Assembly (NCBI GenBank): GCA_964016885.1
Contig: OZ024744.1
Location: 2,976,001 to 3,040,000, forward strand
Source of the DNA: Eledone cirrhosa
Lineage: Eukaryota
DNA length: 64,000 nucleotides
Reading direction: 5' to 3'
The notes under the pieces were generated by a model. That model was not told the DNA's origin. It saw only the letters and a list, made by a program, of their open reading frames with translations, and ran no database searches. The translations under genes were made by a program, and so were the position numbers. This document shows, piece after piece, positions 25,901-40,004 of this stretch; the first letter of the stretch is position 1, and the number at the start of each line of letters is the position of its first letter.

Positions 25901-28900
25901 ATAGCTTGGTGAAGAACGACGTTTTGAGGGAAGACAAGGTAGAGAAAGATAGCTTGGTGAAGAACGACGTTTTGTGGGAAGACAAGGTAGAGAAAGATAG
26001 CTTGGTGAAGAACGAAGTTTTGGGGGAAGACAAGGTAGTGAAAGATAGCTTGGTGAAGAACGAAATTTTGGGGGAAGACAAGGTAGAGAAAGATAGATTG
26101 GTGAAGAACGAAGTTTTGGGGGAAGACAAGGTAGAGAAAGATAGCTTGGTGAAGAACGAAGTTTTGGGGAAGACAATGTAGAGAAAGATAGCTTGGTGAA
26201 GAACGAAGTTTTGGGGGAAGACAAGGTAGAGAAAGATAGCTTGGTGAATAACGAAGTTTTGGGAGAAGACAAGGTCGAGAAAGATAGCTTGGTGAAGAAC
26301 GAAATTTTGAGGGAAGACAAGGTAGAGAAAGATAGCTTGGTGAAGAACGACGTTTTGGTGGAAGACAAGGTAGAGAAAGATAGCTTGGTGAAGAACGATA
26401 TTTTGGGGAAGACAATGTAGAGAAAGATAGCTTGGTGAAGAACGAAGTTTTGGGGGAAGACAAGGTAGAGAAAGATAGCTTGGTGAAGAACGAAGTTTTG
26501 AGGGAAGACAAGGTAGAGAAAGATAGCTTGGTGAATAACGAAGTTTTGGGAGAAGACAAGGTAGAGAAAGATAGCTTGGTGAAGAACGAAGTTTTGGGGG
26601 AAGACAAGGTAGAGAAAGATAGCTTGGTGAAGAACGGAGTTTTGGGGGAAGACAAGGTAGAGAAAGATAGCTTGGTGAAGAACGAAGTTGTGGGGGAAGA
26701 CAAGGTAGAGAAAGATAGCTTGGTGAAGAACGAAGTTTTGAGGGAAGACAATGTAGAGAAAGATAGCTTGGTGAAGAACGAAGTTTTGGGGAAGACAATG
26801 TAGAGAAAGATAGCATGGTGAAGAACGAAGTTTTGGGGGAAGACAAGGTAGAGAAAGATAGCTTGGTGAATAACGAAGTTTTGGGGAAGACAATGTAGAG
26901 AAAGATAGCTTGGTGAAGAACGAAGTTTTGGAGGAAGACAAGGTAGAGAAAGATAGCTTGGTGAAGAGGGAAGTTTTGGGAGAAGACAAGGTAGAGAAAG
27001 ATAGCTTGGTGAATAACGAAGTTTTGGGAGAAGACAAGGTAGAGAAAGATAGCTTGGTGAAGAACGATATATTGGGGAAGACAATGTAGAGAAAGATAGC
27101 TTGGTGAAGAACGAAGTTTTGGGGGAAACAAGGTAGAGAAAGATAGCTTGGTGAAGAACGAAGTTTTGAGGGAAGACAAGGTAGAGAAAGATAGCTTGGT
27201 GAATAACGAAGTTTTGGGAGAAGACAAGGTAGAGAAAGATAGCTTGGTGAAGAACGAAGTTTTGGGGGAAGACAATGTAGAGAAAGATAGCTTGGTGAAG
27301 AACGGAGTTTTGGGGGAAGACAAGGTAGAGAAAGATAGCTTGGTGAAGAACGAAGTTGTGGGGGAAGACAAGGTAGAGAAAGATAGCTTGGTGAAGAACG
27401 AAGTTTTGAGGGAAGACAATGTAGAGAAAGATAGCTTGGTGAAGAACGAAGTTTTGGGGAAGACAATGTAGAGAAAGATAGCTTGGTGAAGAACGAAGTT
27501 TTGGGGGAAGACAAGTTAGAGAAAGATAGCTTGGTGAAGAGGGAAGTTTTGGGAGAAGACAAGGTAGAGAAAGATAGCTTGGTGAAGAACGAAGTTTTGA
27601 GGGAAGACAAGGTAGAGAAAGATAGCTTGGTGAAGAACGACGTTTTGAGGGAAGACAAGGTAGAGAAAGATAGCTTGGTGAAGAACGACGTTTTGTGGGA
27701 AGACAAGGTAGAGAAAGATAGCTTGGTGAAGAACGAAGTTTTGGGGAAGACAATGTAGAGAAAGATAGCTTGGTGAAGAACGAAGTTTTGGGGGAAGACA
27801 AGGTAGAGAAAGATAGCTTGGTGAATAACGAAGTTTTGGGAGAAGACAAGGTCGAGAAAGATAGCTTGGTGAAGAACGACGTTTTGGTGGAAGACAAGGT
27901 AGAGAAAGATAGCTTGGTGAAGAACGATATTTTGGGGTAGACAATGTAGAGAAAGATAGCTTGGTGAAGAACGAAGTTTTGGGGGAAGACAAGGTAGAGA
28001 AAGATAGCTTGGTGAAGAACGAAGTTTTGAGGGAAGACAAGGTAGAGAAAGATAGCTTGGTGAATAACGAAGTTTTGGGAGAAGACAAGGTAGAGAAAGA
28101 TAGTTGGTGAAGAACGAAGTTTTGAGGGAAGACAAGGTAGAGAAAGATAGCTTGGTGAAGAACGACGTTTTGTGGGAAGACAAGGTAGAGAAAGATAGCT
28201 TGGTGAAGAACGGAGTTTTGGGGGAAGACAAGGTAGAGAAAGATAGCTTGGTGAAGAACGAAGTTTTGGGGGAAGACAAGGTAGAGAAAGATAGCTTGGT
28301 GAAGAACGAGGTTTTGAGGGAAGACAATGTAGAGAAAGATAGCTTGGTGAAGAACGAAGTTTTGGGGAAGATAATGTAGAGAAAGATAGCTTGGTGAAGA
28401 ACGAAGTTTTGGGGGAAGACAAGGTAGAGAAAGATAGCTTGGTGAAGAAGGAAGTTTTGGGAGAAGACAAGGTAAGAAAGATAGCTTGGTGAAGAACGAA
28501 GTTTTGAGGGAAGACAAGGTAGAGAAAGATAGCTTGGTGAAGAACGACGTTTTGAGGGAAGACAAGGTAGAGAAAGATAGCTTGGTGAAGAACGACGTTT
28601 TGTGGGAAGACAAGGTAGAGAAAGATAGCTTGGTGAAGAACGAAGTTTTGGGGGAAGACAAGGTAGTGAAAGATAGCTTGGTGAAGAACGAAATTTTGGG
28701 GGAAGACAAGGTAGAGAAAGATAGCTTGGTGAAGAACGAAGTTTTGGGGGAAGACAAGGTAGAGAAAGATAGCTTGGTGAAGAACGAAGTTTTGGGGAAG
28801 ACAATGTAGAGAAAGATAGCTTGGTGAAGAACGAAGTTTTGGGGGAAGACAAGGTAGAGAAAGATAGCTTGGTGAATAACGAAGTTTTGGGAGAAGACAA

Positions 28901-30000
28901 GGTCGAGAAAGATAGCTTGGAGAAGAACGAAATTTTGAGGGAAGACAAGGTAGAGAAAGATAGCTTGGTGAAGAACGACGTTTTGGTGGAAGACAAGGTA
29001 GAGAAAGATAGCTTGGTGAAGAACGAAGTTTTGAGGGAAGACAAGGTAGAGAAAGATAGCTTGGTGAATAACGAAGTTTTGGGAGAAGACAAGGTAGAGA
29101 AAGATAGCTTGGTGAAGAACGAAGTTTTGGGGGAAGACAAGGTAGAGAAAGATAGCTTGGTGAAGAACGGAGTTTTGGGGGAAGACAAGGTAGAGAAAGA
29201 TAGCTTGGTGAAGAACGAAGTTGTGGGGGAAGACAAGGTAGAGAAAGATAGCTTGGTGAAGAACGAAGTTTTGAGGGAAGACAATGTAGAGAAAGATAGC
29301 TTGGTGAAGAAGGAAATTTTGAGGGAAGACAAGGTAGAGAAAGATAGCTTGGTGAAGAACGAAGTTTTGGGGGAAGACAAGGTAGAGAAAGATAGCTTGG
29401 TGAAGAACGAAGTTTTGAGGGAAGACAAGGTAGAGAAAGATAGCTTGGTGAATAACGAAGTTTTGGGAGAAGACAAGGTAGAGAAAGATAGTTGGTGAAG
29501 AACGAAGTTTTGAGGGAAGACAAGGTAGAGAAAGATAGCTTGGTGAAGAACGACGTTTTGAGGGAAGACAAGGTAGAGAAAGATAGCTTGGTGAAGAACG
29601 ACGTTTTGTGGGAAGACAAGGTAGAGAAAGATAGCTTGGTGAAGAACGAAGTTTTGGGGGAAGACAAGGTAGAGAAAGATAGCTTGGTGAAGAACGAAGT
29701 TTTGGGGAAGACAATGTAGAGAAAGATAGCTTGGTGAAGAACGAAGTTTTGGGGGAAGACAAGGTAGAGAAAGATAGCTTGGTGAAGAACGAAGTTTTGA
29801 GGGAAGACAAGGTAGAGAAAGATAGCTTGGTGAATAACGAAGTTTTGGGAGAAGACAAGGTAGAGAAAGATAGCTTGGTGAAGAACGACGTTTTGAGGGA
29901 AGACAAGGTAGAGAAAGATAGCTTGGTGAAGAACGAGGTTTTGGGGGAAGACAAGGTAGAGAAAGATAGCTTGGTGAAGAACGAAGTTTTGGGGGAAGAC
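18501..30000. repeat. Array sub-domain B
   Basis: First appearance of AAGAGGGAAG (~18650). Private variants GTTGTGGGG (~19041, 21573, 24776, 26687, 27355, 29220), GATATATTGG, GGGGGAAAC and TTTTGGGGTAGACAATG. AAGGCAGAG is absent. The last GGTAAGAAAG deletion is at ~28471. Confidence 0.75.
23327..27240. repeat. Tandem duplication, 1911 bp unit (40 monomers)
   Basis: ORF starts 23612/25523, 23947/25858, 24282/26193 and 24521/26432. The private AGCATGG variant is shared (~24901/26812). Confidence 0.9.
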
Positions 30001-33000
30001 AAGGTAGAGAAAGATAGCTTGGTGAAGAACGAAGTTTTGGGGAAGACAATGTAGAGAAAGATAGCTTGGTGAAGAACGAAGTTTTGGGGGAAGACAAGGT
30101 AGAGAAAGATAGCTTGGTGAAGAAGGAAATTTTGAGGGAAGACAAGGTAGAGAAAAATAGCTTGGTGAAGAACGACGTTTTGGTGGAAGACAAGGTAGAG
30201 AAAGATAGCTTGGTGAAGAACGATGTTTTGGGGAAGACAATGTAGAGAAAGATAGCTTGGTGAATAACGAAGTTTTGGGAGAAGACAAGGTAGAGAAAGA
30301 TAGCTTGGTGAAGAACGACGTTTTGGTGGAAGACAAGGTAGAGAAAGATAGCTTGGTGAAGAACGAAGTTTTGAAGGAAGACAAGGCAGAGAAAGATAGC
30401 TTGATGAAGAACGAAGTTTTGAGGGAAGACAAGGTAGAGAAAGATAGCTTGGTGAAGAACGACGTTTTGTGGGAAGACTAGGTAGAGAAAGATAGCTTGG
30501 TGAAGAACGAAGTTTTGGGGGAAGACAAGGTAGAGAAAGATAGCTTGGTGAAGAACGAAGTTTTGAGGGAAGACAAGGTAGAGAAAGATAGCTTGGTGAA
30601 GAACGAAGTTTTGGGGAAGACAATGTAGAGAAAGATAGCTTGGTGAAGAACGAAGATTTGGGGGAAGACAAGGTAGAGAAAGATAGCTTGGTGAAGAACG
30701 AAGTTTTGGGAGAAGACAAGGTAGAGAAAGATAGCTTGGTGAAGAACGAAGTTTTGAGGGAAGACAAGGTAGAGAAAGATAGCTTGGTGAAGAACGACGT
30801 TTTGAGGGAAGACAAGGTAGAGAAAGATAGCTTGGTGAAGAACGACGTTTTGTGGGAAGACAAGGTAGAGAAAGATAGCTTGGTGAAGAACGACGTTTTG
30901 AGGGAAGACAAGGTAGAGAAATATAGCTTGGTGAAGAACGAAGTTTTGGGGAAGACAATGTAGAGAAAGATAGCTTGGTGAAGAACGAAGTTTTGGGGGA
31001 AGACAAGGTAGAGAAAGATAGCTTGGTGAAGAACGAAGTTTTGAGGGAAGACAAGGTAGAGAAAGATAGTTGGTGAAGAACGAAGTTTTGAAGGAAGACA
31101 AGGCAGAGAAAGATAGCTTGATGAAGAACGAAGTTTTGAGGGAAGACAAGGTAGAGAAAGATAGCTTGGTGAAGAACGACGTTTTGTGGGAAGACAAGGT
31201 AGAGAAAGATAGCTTGGTGAAGAACGAAGTTTTGGGGGAAGACAAGGTAGAGAAAGATAGCTTGGTGAAGAACGAAGTTTTGGGGGAAGACAAGGTAGAG
31301 AAAGATAGCTTGGTGAAGAACGAAGTTTTGGGGAAGACAATGTAGAGAAAGATAGCTTGGTGAAGAACGAAGATTTGGGGGAAGACAAGGTAGAGAAAGA
31401 TAGCTTGGTGAAGAACGAAGTTTTGGGAGAAGACAAGGTAGAGAAAGATAGCTTGGTGAAGAACGAAGTTTTGAGGGAAGACAAGGTAGAGAAAGATAGC
31501 TTGGTGAAGAACGACGTTTTGAGGGAAGACAAGGTAGAGAAAGATAGCTTGGTGAAGAACGACGTTTTGTGGGAAGACAAGGTAGAGAAAGATAGCTTGG
31601 TGAAGAACGAAGTTTTGGGGGAAGACAAGGTAGAGAAAGATAGCTTGGTGAAGAACGGAGTTTTGGGGGAAGACAAGGTAGAGAAAGATAGCTTGGTGAA
31701 GAACGAAGTTTTGGGGGAAGACAAGGTAGAGAAAGATAGCTTGGTGAAGAACGAAGTTTTGAGGGAAGACAATGTAGAGAAAGATAGCTTGGTGAAGAAC
31801 GAAGTTTTGGGGAAGATAATGTAGAGAAAGATAGCTTGGTGAAGAACGAAGTTTTGGGGAAGACAATGTAGAGAAAGATAGCTTGGTGAGGAACGAAGTT
31901 TTGGGGGAAGACATGGTAGAGAAAGATAGCTTGGTGAATAATGAAGTTTTGGGAGAAGACAAGGTCGAGAAAGATAGCTTGGTGAAGAACGAAATTTTGA
32001 GGGAAGACAAGGTAGAGAAAGATAGCTTGGTGAAGAACAACGTTTTGGTGGAAGACAAGGTAGAGAAAGATAGCTTGGTGAAGAACGAAGTGTTGAGGGA
32101 AGACAATGTAGAGAAAGATAGCTTGGTGAAGAACGAAGTTTTGGGGAAGATAATGTAGAGAAAGATAGCTTGGTGAAGAACGAAGTTTTGGGGAAGACAA
32201 TGTAGAGAAAGATAGCTTGGTGAAGAACGAAGTTTTGGGGGAAGACAAGGTAGAGAAAGATAGCTTGGTGAATAACGAAGTTTTGGGAGAAGACAAGGTC
32301 GAGAAAGATAGCTTGGTGAAGAACGAAATTTTGAGGGAAGACAAGGTAGAGAAAGATAGCTTGGTGAAGAACGACGTTTTGGTGGAAGACAAGGTAGAGA
32401 AAGATAGCTTGGTGAAGAACGATATTTTGGGGAAGACAATGTAGAGAAAGATAGCTTGGTGAAGAACGAAGTTTTGGGGGAAGACAAGGTAGAGAAAGAT
32501 AGCTTGGTGAAGAACGAAGTTTTGAGGGAAGACAAGGTAGAGAAAGATAGCTTGGTGAATAACGAAGTTTTGGGAGAAGACAAGGTAGAGAAAGATAGTT
32601 GGTGAAGAACGAAGTTTTGAGGGAAGACAAGGTAGAGAAAGATAGCTTGGTGAAGAACGACGTTTTGAGGGAAGACAAGGTAGAGAAAGATAGCTTGGTG
32701 AAGAACGACGTTTTGAGGGAAGACAAGGTAGAGAAATATAGCTTGGTGAAGAACGAAGTTTTGGGGAAGACAATGTAGAGAAAGATAGCTTGGTGAAGAA
32801 CGAAGTTTTGGGGGAAGACAAGGTAGAGAAAGATAGCTTGGTGAAGAACGAAGTTTTGAGGGCAGACAAGGTAGAGAAAGATAGCTTGGTGAATAACGAA
32901 GTTTTGGGAGAAGACAAGGTAGAGAAAGATAGTTGGTGAAGAACGAAGTTTTGAAGGAAGACAAGGCAGAGAAAGATAGCTTGATGAAGAACGAAGTTTT

Positions 33001-36000
33001 GAGGGAAGACAAGGTAGAGAAAGATAGCTTGGTGAAGAACGACGTTTTGTGGGAAGACAAGGTAGAGAAAGATAGCTTGGTGAAGAACGAAGTTTTGGGG
33101 GAAGACAAGGTAGGGAAAGATAGCTTGGTGAAGAACGAAGTTTTGGGGGAAGTCAAGGTAGAGAAAGATAGCTTGGTGAAGAACGAAGTTTTGGGGAAGA
33201 CAATGTAGAGAAAGATAGCTTGGTGAAGAACGAAGATTTGGGGGAAGACAAGGTAGAGAAAGATAGCTTGGTGAAGAACGAAGTTTTGGGAGAAGACAAG
33301 GTAGAGAAAGATAGCTTGGTGAAGAACGAAGTTTTGAGGGAAGACAAGGTAGAGAAAGATAGCTTGGTGAAGAACGACGTTTTGAGGGAAGACAAGGTAG
33401 AGAAAGATAGCTTGGTGAAGAACGACGTTTTGTGGGAAGACAAGGTAGAGAAAGATAGCTTGGTGAAGAACGAAGTTTTGGGGGAAGACAAGGTAGAGAA
33501 AGATAGCTTGGTGAAGAACGGAGTTTTGGGGGAAGACAAGGTAGAGAAAGATAGCTTGGTGAAGAACGAAGTTTTGGGGGAAGACAAGGTAGAGAAAGAT
33601 AGCTTGGTGAAGAACGAAGTTTTGAGGGAAGACAATGTAGAGAAAGATAGCTTGGTGAAGAACGAAGTTTTGGGGAAGATAATGTAGAGAAAGATAGCTT
33701 GGTGAAGAACGAAGTTTTGGGGAAGACAATGTAGAGAAAGATAGCTTGGTGAAGAACGAAGTTTTGGGGGAAGACATGGTAGAGAAAGATAGCTTGGTGA
33801 ATAATGAAGTTTTGGGAGAAGACAAGGTCGAGAAAGATAGCTTGGTGAAGAACGAAATTTTGAGGGAAGACAAGGTAGAGAAAGATAGCTTGGTGAAGAA
33901 CGACGTTTTGGTGGAAGACAAGGTAGAGAAAGATAGCTTGGTGAAGAACGAAGTGTTGAGGGAAGACAATGTAGAGAAAGATAGCTTGGTGAAGAACGAA
34001 GTTTTGGGGAAGATAATGTAGAGAAAGATAGCTTGGTGAAGAACGAAGTTTTGGGGGAAGACAAGGTAGAGAAAGATAGCTTGGTGAAGAACGAAGTTTT
34101 GAGGGAAGACAATGTAGAGAAAGATAGCTTGGTGAAGAACGAAGTTTTGGGGAAGATAATGTAGAGAAAGATAGCTTGGTGAAGAACGAAGTTTTGGGGA
34201 AGACAATGTAGAGAAAGATAGCTTGGTGAGGAACGAAGTTTTGGGGGAAGACATGGTAGAGAAAGATAGCTTGGTGAATAATGAAGTTTTGGGAGAAGAC
34301 AAGGTCGAGAAAGATAGCTTGGTGAAGAACGAAATTTTGAGGGAAGACAAGGTAGAGAAAGATAGCTTGGTGAAGAACAACGTTTTGGTGGAAGACAAGG
34401 TAGAGAAAGATAGCTTGGTGAAGAACGAAGTGTTGAGGGAAGACAATGTAGAGAAAGATAGCTTGGTGAAGAACGAAGTTTTGGGGAAGATAATGTAGAG
34501 AAAGATAGCTTGGTGAAGAACGAAGTTTTGGGGAAGACAATGTAGAGAAAGATAGCTTGGTGAAGAACGAAGTTTTGGGGGAAGACAAGGTAGAGAAAGA
34601 TAGCTTGGTGAATAACGAAGTTTTGGGAGAAGACAAGGTCGAGAAAGATAGCTTGGTGAAGAACGAAATTTTGAGGGAAGACAAGGTAGAGAAAGATAGC
34701 TTGGTGAAGAACGACGTTTTGGTGGAAGACAAGGTAGAGAAAGATAGCTTGGTGAAGAACGATATTTTGGGGAAGACAATGTAGAGAAAGATAGCTTGGT
34801 GAAGAACGAAGTTTTGGGGGAAGACAAGGTAGAGAAAGATAGCTTGGTGAAGAACGAAGTTTTGAGGGAAGACAAGGTAGAGAAAGATAGCTTGGTGAAT
34901 AACGAAGTTTTGGGAGAAGACAAGGTAGAGAAAGATAGTTGGTGAAGAACGAAGTTTTGAGGGAAGACAAGGTAGAGAAAGATAGCTTGGTGAAGAACGA
35001 CGTTTTGAGGGAAGACAAGGTAGAGAAAGATAGCTTGGTGAAGAACGACGTTTTGAGGGAAGACAAGGTAGAGAAATATAGCTTGGTGAAGAACGAAGTT
35101 TTGGGGAAGACAATGTAGAGAAAGATAGATTGGTGAAGAACGAAGTTTTGGGGGAAGACAAGGTAGAGAAAGATAGCTTGGTGAAGAACGAAGTTTTGAG
35201 GGCAGACAAGGTAGAGAAAGATAGCTTGGTGAATAACGAAGTTTTGGGAGAAGACAAGGTAGAGAAAGATAGTTGGTGAAGAACGAAGTTTTGAAGGAAG
35301 ACAAGGCAGAGAAAGATAGCTTGATGAAGAACGAAGTTTTGAGGGAAGACAAGGTAGAGAAAGATAGCTTGGTGAAGAACGACGTTTTGTGGGAAGACAA
35401 GGTAGAGAAAGATAGCTTGGTGAAGAACGAAGTTTTGGGGGAAGACAAGGTAGAGAAAGATAGCTTGGTGAAGAACGAAGTTTTGGGGGAAGTCAAGGTA
35501 GAGAAAGATAGCTTGGTGAAGAACGAAGTTTTGGGGAAGACAATGTAGAGAAAGATAGCTTGGTGAAGAACGAAGATTTGGGGGAAGACAAGGTAGAGAA
35601 AGATAGCTTGGTGAAGAACGAAGTTTTGGGAGAAGACAAGGTAGAGAAAGATAGCTTGGTGAAGAACGAAGTTTTGAGGGAAGACAAGGTAGAGAAAGAT
35701 AGCTTGGTGAAGAACGACGTTTTGAGGGAAGACAAGGTAGAGAAAGATAGCTTGGTGAAGAACGACGTTTTGTGGGAAGACAAGGTAGAGAAAGATAGCT
35801 TGGTGAAGAACGAAGTTTTGGGGGAAGACAAGGTAGAGAAAGATAGCTTGGTGAAGAACGGAGTTTTGGGGGAAGACAAGGTAGAGAAAGATAGCTTGGT
35901 GAAGAACGAAGTTTTGGGGGAAGACAAGGTAGAGAAAGATAGCTTGGTGAAGAACGAAGTTTTGAGGGAAGACAATGTAGAGAAAGATAGCTTGGTGAAG

Positions 36001-39000
36001 AACGAAGTTTTGGGGAAGATAATGTAGAGAAAGATAGCTTGGTGAAGAACGAAGTTTTGGGGAAGACAATGTAGAGAAAGATAGCTTGGTGAAGAACGAA
36101 GTTTTGGGGGAAGACATGGTAGAGAAAGATAGCTTGGTGAATAATGAAGTTTTGGGAGAAGACAAGGTCGAGAAAGATAGCTTGGTGAAGAACGAAATTT
36201 TGAGGGAAGACAAGGTAGAGAAAGATAGCTTGGTGAAGAACGACGTTTTGGTGGAAGACAAGGTAGAGAAAGATAGCTTGGTGAAGAACGAAGTGTTGAG
36301 GGAAGACAATGTAGAGAAAGATAGCTTGGTGAAGAACGAAGTTTTGGGGAAGATAATGTAGAGAAAGATAGCTTGGTGAAGAACGAAGTTTTGGGGAAGA
36401 CAATGTAGAGAAAGATAGCTTGGTGAAGAACGAAGTTTTGGGGGAAGACAAGGTAGAGAAAGATAGCTTGGTGAATAACGAAGTTTTGGGAGAAGACAAG
36501 GTCGAGAAAGATAGCTTGGTGAAGAACGAAATTTTGAGGGAAGACAAGGTAGAGAAAGATAGCTTGGTGAAGAACGACGTTTTGGTGGAAGACAAGGTAG
36601 AGAAAGATAGCTTGGTGAAGAACGATATTTTGGGGAAGACAATGTAGAGAAAGATAGCTTGGTGAAGAACGAAGTTTTGGGGGAAGATAAGGTAGAGAAA
36701 GATAGCTTGGTGAAGAACGAAGTTTTGAGGGAAGACAAGGTAGAGAAAGATAGCTTGGTGAATAACGAAGTTTTGGGAGAAGACAAGGTAGAGAAAGATA
36801 GTTGGTGAAGAACGAAGTTTTGAGGGAAGACAAGGTAGAGAAAGATAGCTTGGTGAAGAACGACGTTTTGAGGGAAGACAAGGTAGAGAAAGATAGCTTG
36901 GTGAAGAACGACGTTTTGTGGGAAGACAAGGTAGAGAAAGATAGCTTGGTGAAGAACGAAGTTTTGGGGGAAGACAAGGTAGAGAAAGATAGCTTGGTGA
37001 AGAGGGAAGTTTTGGGAGAAGACAAGGTAGAGAAAGATAGCTTGGTGAAGAACGAAGTTTTGAGGGAAGACAAGGTAGAGAAAGATAGCTTGGTGAAGAA
37101 CGACGTTTTGAGGGAAGACAAGGTAGAGAAAGATAGCTTGGTGAAGAACGACGTTTTGTGGGAAGACAAGGTAGAGAAAGATAGCTTGGTGAAGAACGAA
37201 GTTTTGGGGGAAGACAAGGTAGAGAAAGATAGCTTGGTGAAGAACGAAGTTTTGGGGGAAGACAAGGTAGAGAAAGATAGCTTGGTGAAGAACGAAGTTT
37301 TGTGGGAAGACAAGGTAGAGAAAGATAGCTTGGTGAAGAACGAAGTTTTGGGGAAGACAATGTAGAGAAAGATAGCTTGGTGAAGAACGAAGTTTTGGGG
37401 GAAGACAAGGTAGAGAAAGATAGCTTGGTGAATAACGAAGTTTTGGGAGAAGACAAGGTCGAGAAAGATAGCTTGGTGAATAACGAAGTTTTGGGAGAAG
37501 ACAAGGTAGAGAAAGATAGTTGGTGAAGAACGAAGTTTTGAAGGAAGACAAGGCAGAGAAAGATAGCTTGATGAAGAACGAAGTTTTGAGGGAAGACAAG
37601 GTAGAGAAAGATAGCTTGGTGAAGAACGACGTTTTGTGGGAAGACAAGGTAGAGAAAGATAGCTTGGTGAAGAACGAAGTTTTGGGGGAAGACAAGGTAG
37701 AGAAAGATAGCTTGGTGAAGAACGAAGTTTTGGGGGAAGACAAGGTAGAGAAAGATAGCTTGGTGAAGAACGAAGTTTTGGGGAAGACAATGTAGAGAAA
37801 GATAGCTTGGTGAAGAACGAAGATTTGGGGGAAGACAACGTAGAGAAAGATAGCTTGGTGAAGAACGAAGTTTTGGGAGAAGACAAGGTAGAGAAAGATA
37901 GCTTGGTGAAGAACGAAGTTTTAAGGGAAGACAAGGTAGAGAAAGATAGCTTGGTGAAGAACGACGTTTTGAGGGAAGACAAGGTAGAGAAAGATAGCTT
38001 GGTGAAGAACGACGTTTTGTGGGAAGACAAGGTAGAGAAAGATAGCTTGGTGAAGAACGAAGTTTTGGGGGTAGACAAGGTAGAGAAAGATAGCTTGGTG
38101 AAGAACGGAGTTTTGGGGGAAGACAAGGTAGAGAAAGATAGCTTGGTGAAGAACGAAGTTTTGGGGGAAGACAAGGTAGAGAAAGATAGCTTGGTGAAGA
38201 ACGAAGTTTTGAGGGAAGACAATGTAGAGAAAGATAGCTTGGTGAAGAACGAAGTTTTGGCGAAGATAATGTAGAGAAAGATAGCTTGGTGAAGAACGAA
38301 GTTTTGGGGAAGACAATGTAGAGAAAGATAGCTTGGTGAAGAACGAAGTTTTGGGGGAAGACAAGGTAGAGAAAGATAGCTTGGTGAATAACGAAGTTTT
38401 GGGAGAAGACAAGGTCGAGAAAGATAGCTTGGTGAAGAACGAAATTTTGAGGGAAGACAAGGTAGAGAAAGATAGCTTGGTGAAGAACAACGTTTTGGTG
38501 GAAGACAAGGTAGAGAAAGATAGCTTGGTGAAGAACGATATTTTGGGGAAGACAAGGTAGAGAAAGATAGCTTGGTGAAGAACGAAGTTTTGGGGGAAGA
38601 CAAGGTAGAGAAAGATAGCTTGGTGAAGAACGAAGTTTTGAGGGAAGACAAGGTAGAGAAAGATAGCTTGGTGAATAACGAAGTTTTGGGAGAAGACAAG
38701 GTAGAGAAAGATAGTTGGTGAAGAACGAAGTTTTGAGGGAAGACAAGGTAGAGAAAGATAGCTTGGTGAAGAACGACGTTTTGTGGGAAGAAAAGGTAGA
38801 GAAAGATAGCTTGGTGAAGAACGAAGTTTTGGGGGAAGACAAGGTAGAGAAAGATAGCTTGGTGAAGAGGGAAGTTTTGGGAGAAGACAAGGTAGAGAAA
38901 GATAGCTTGGTGAAGAACGAAGTTTTGAGGGAAGACAAGGTAGGGAAAGATAGCTTGGTGAAGAACGACGTTTTGAGGGAAGACAAGGTAGAGAAAGATA

Positions 39001-39600
39001 GCTTGGTGAAGAACGACGTTTTGTGGGAAGACAAGGTAGAGAAAGATAGCTTGGTGAAGAACGAAGTTTTGGGGGAAGACAAGGTAGAGAAAGATAGCTT
39101 GGTGAAGAACGAAGTTTTGGGGGAAGACAAGGTAGAGAAAGATAGCTTGGTGAAGAACGAAGTTTGGGGGAAGACAAGGTAGAGAAAGATAGCTTGGTGA
39201 AGAACGAAGTTTTGGGGAAGACAATGTAGAGAAAGATAGCTTGGTGAAGAACGAAGTTTTGGGGGAAGACAAGGTAGAGAAAGATAGCTTGCTGAATAAC
39301 GAAGTTTTGGGAGAAGACAAGGTCGAGAAAGATAGCTTGGTGAAGAACGAAATTTTGAGGGAAGACAAGGTAGAGAAAGATAGCTTGGTGAAGAACGACG
39401 TTTTGGTGGAAGACAAGGTAGAGAAAGATAGCTTGGTGAAGAACGATATTTTGGGGAAGACAATGTAGAGAAAGATAGCTTGGGGAAGAACGAAGTTTTG
39501 GGGGAAGACAAGGTAGAGAAAGATAGCTTGGTGAAGAACGAAGTTTTGAGGGAAGACAAGGTAGAGAAAGATAGCTTGGTGAATAACGAAGTTTTGGGAG
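30001..39600. repeat. Array sub-domain C
   Basis: Variants CTTGATGAAG after AAGGCAGAG (~30400, 31118, 32981, 35321, 37568), GACATGG followed by AATAATGAAG (~31911, 33773, 34251, 36113), GAAGTGTTGAGG and GGGCAGAC. Confidence 0.75.
31693..36372. repeat. Tandem duplication, 2340 bp unit (49 monomers), overlapping a 1863-bp offset duplication
   Basis: ORF starts 31883/34223, 32217/34557, 32933/35273, 33220/35560 and 33746/36086 (offset 2340). Also 31070/32933, 31357/33220 and 31883/33746 (offset 1863). The AGTCAAGG variant is at 33153/35493. Confidence 0.9.
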
Positions 39601-40004
39601 AAGACAAGGTAGAGAAAGATAGTTGGTGAAGAACGAAGTTTTGAGGGATGACAAGGTAGAGAAAGATAGCTTGGTGAAGAACGACGTTTTGAGGGAAGAC
39701 AAGGTAGAGAAAGATAGCTTGGTGAAGAACGACGTTTTGTGGGAAGACAAGGTAGAGAAAGATAGCTTGGTGAAGAACGAAGTTTTGGGGGAAGACAAGG
39801 TAGAGAAAGATAGTTTGGTGAAGAACGAAGTTTTGGGAGAAGACAAGGTCGAGAAAGATAGCTTGGTGAAGAACGAAATTTTGAGGGAAGACAAGGTAGA
39901 GAAAGATAGTTGGTGAAGAACGAAGTTTTGGTGGAAGACAAGGTAGAGAAAGATAGCTTGGTGAAGAACGATATTTTGGGGAAGACAAGGTAGAGAAAGA
40001 TAGC

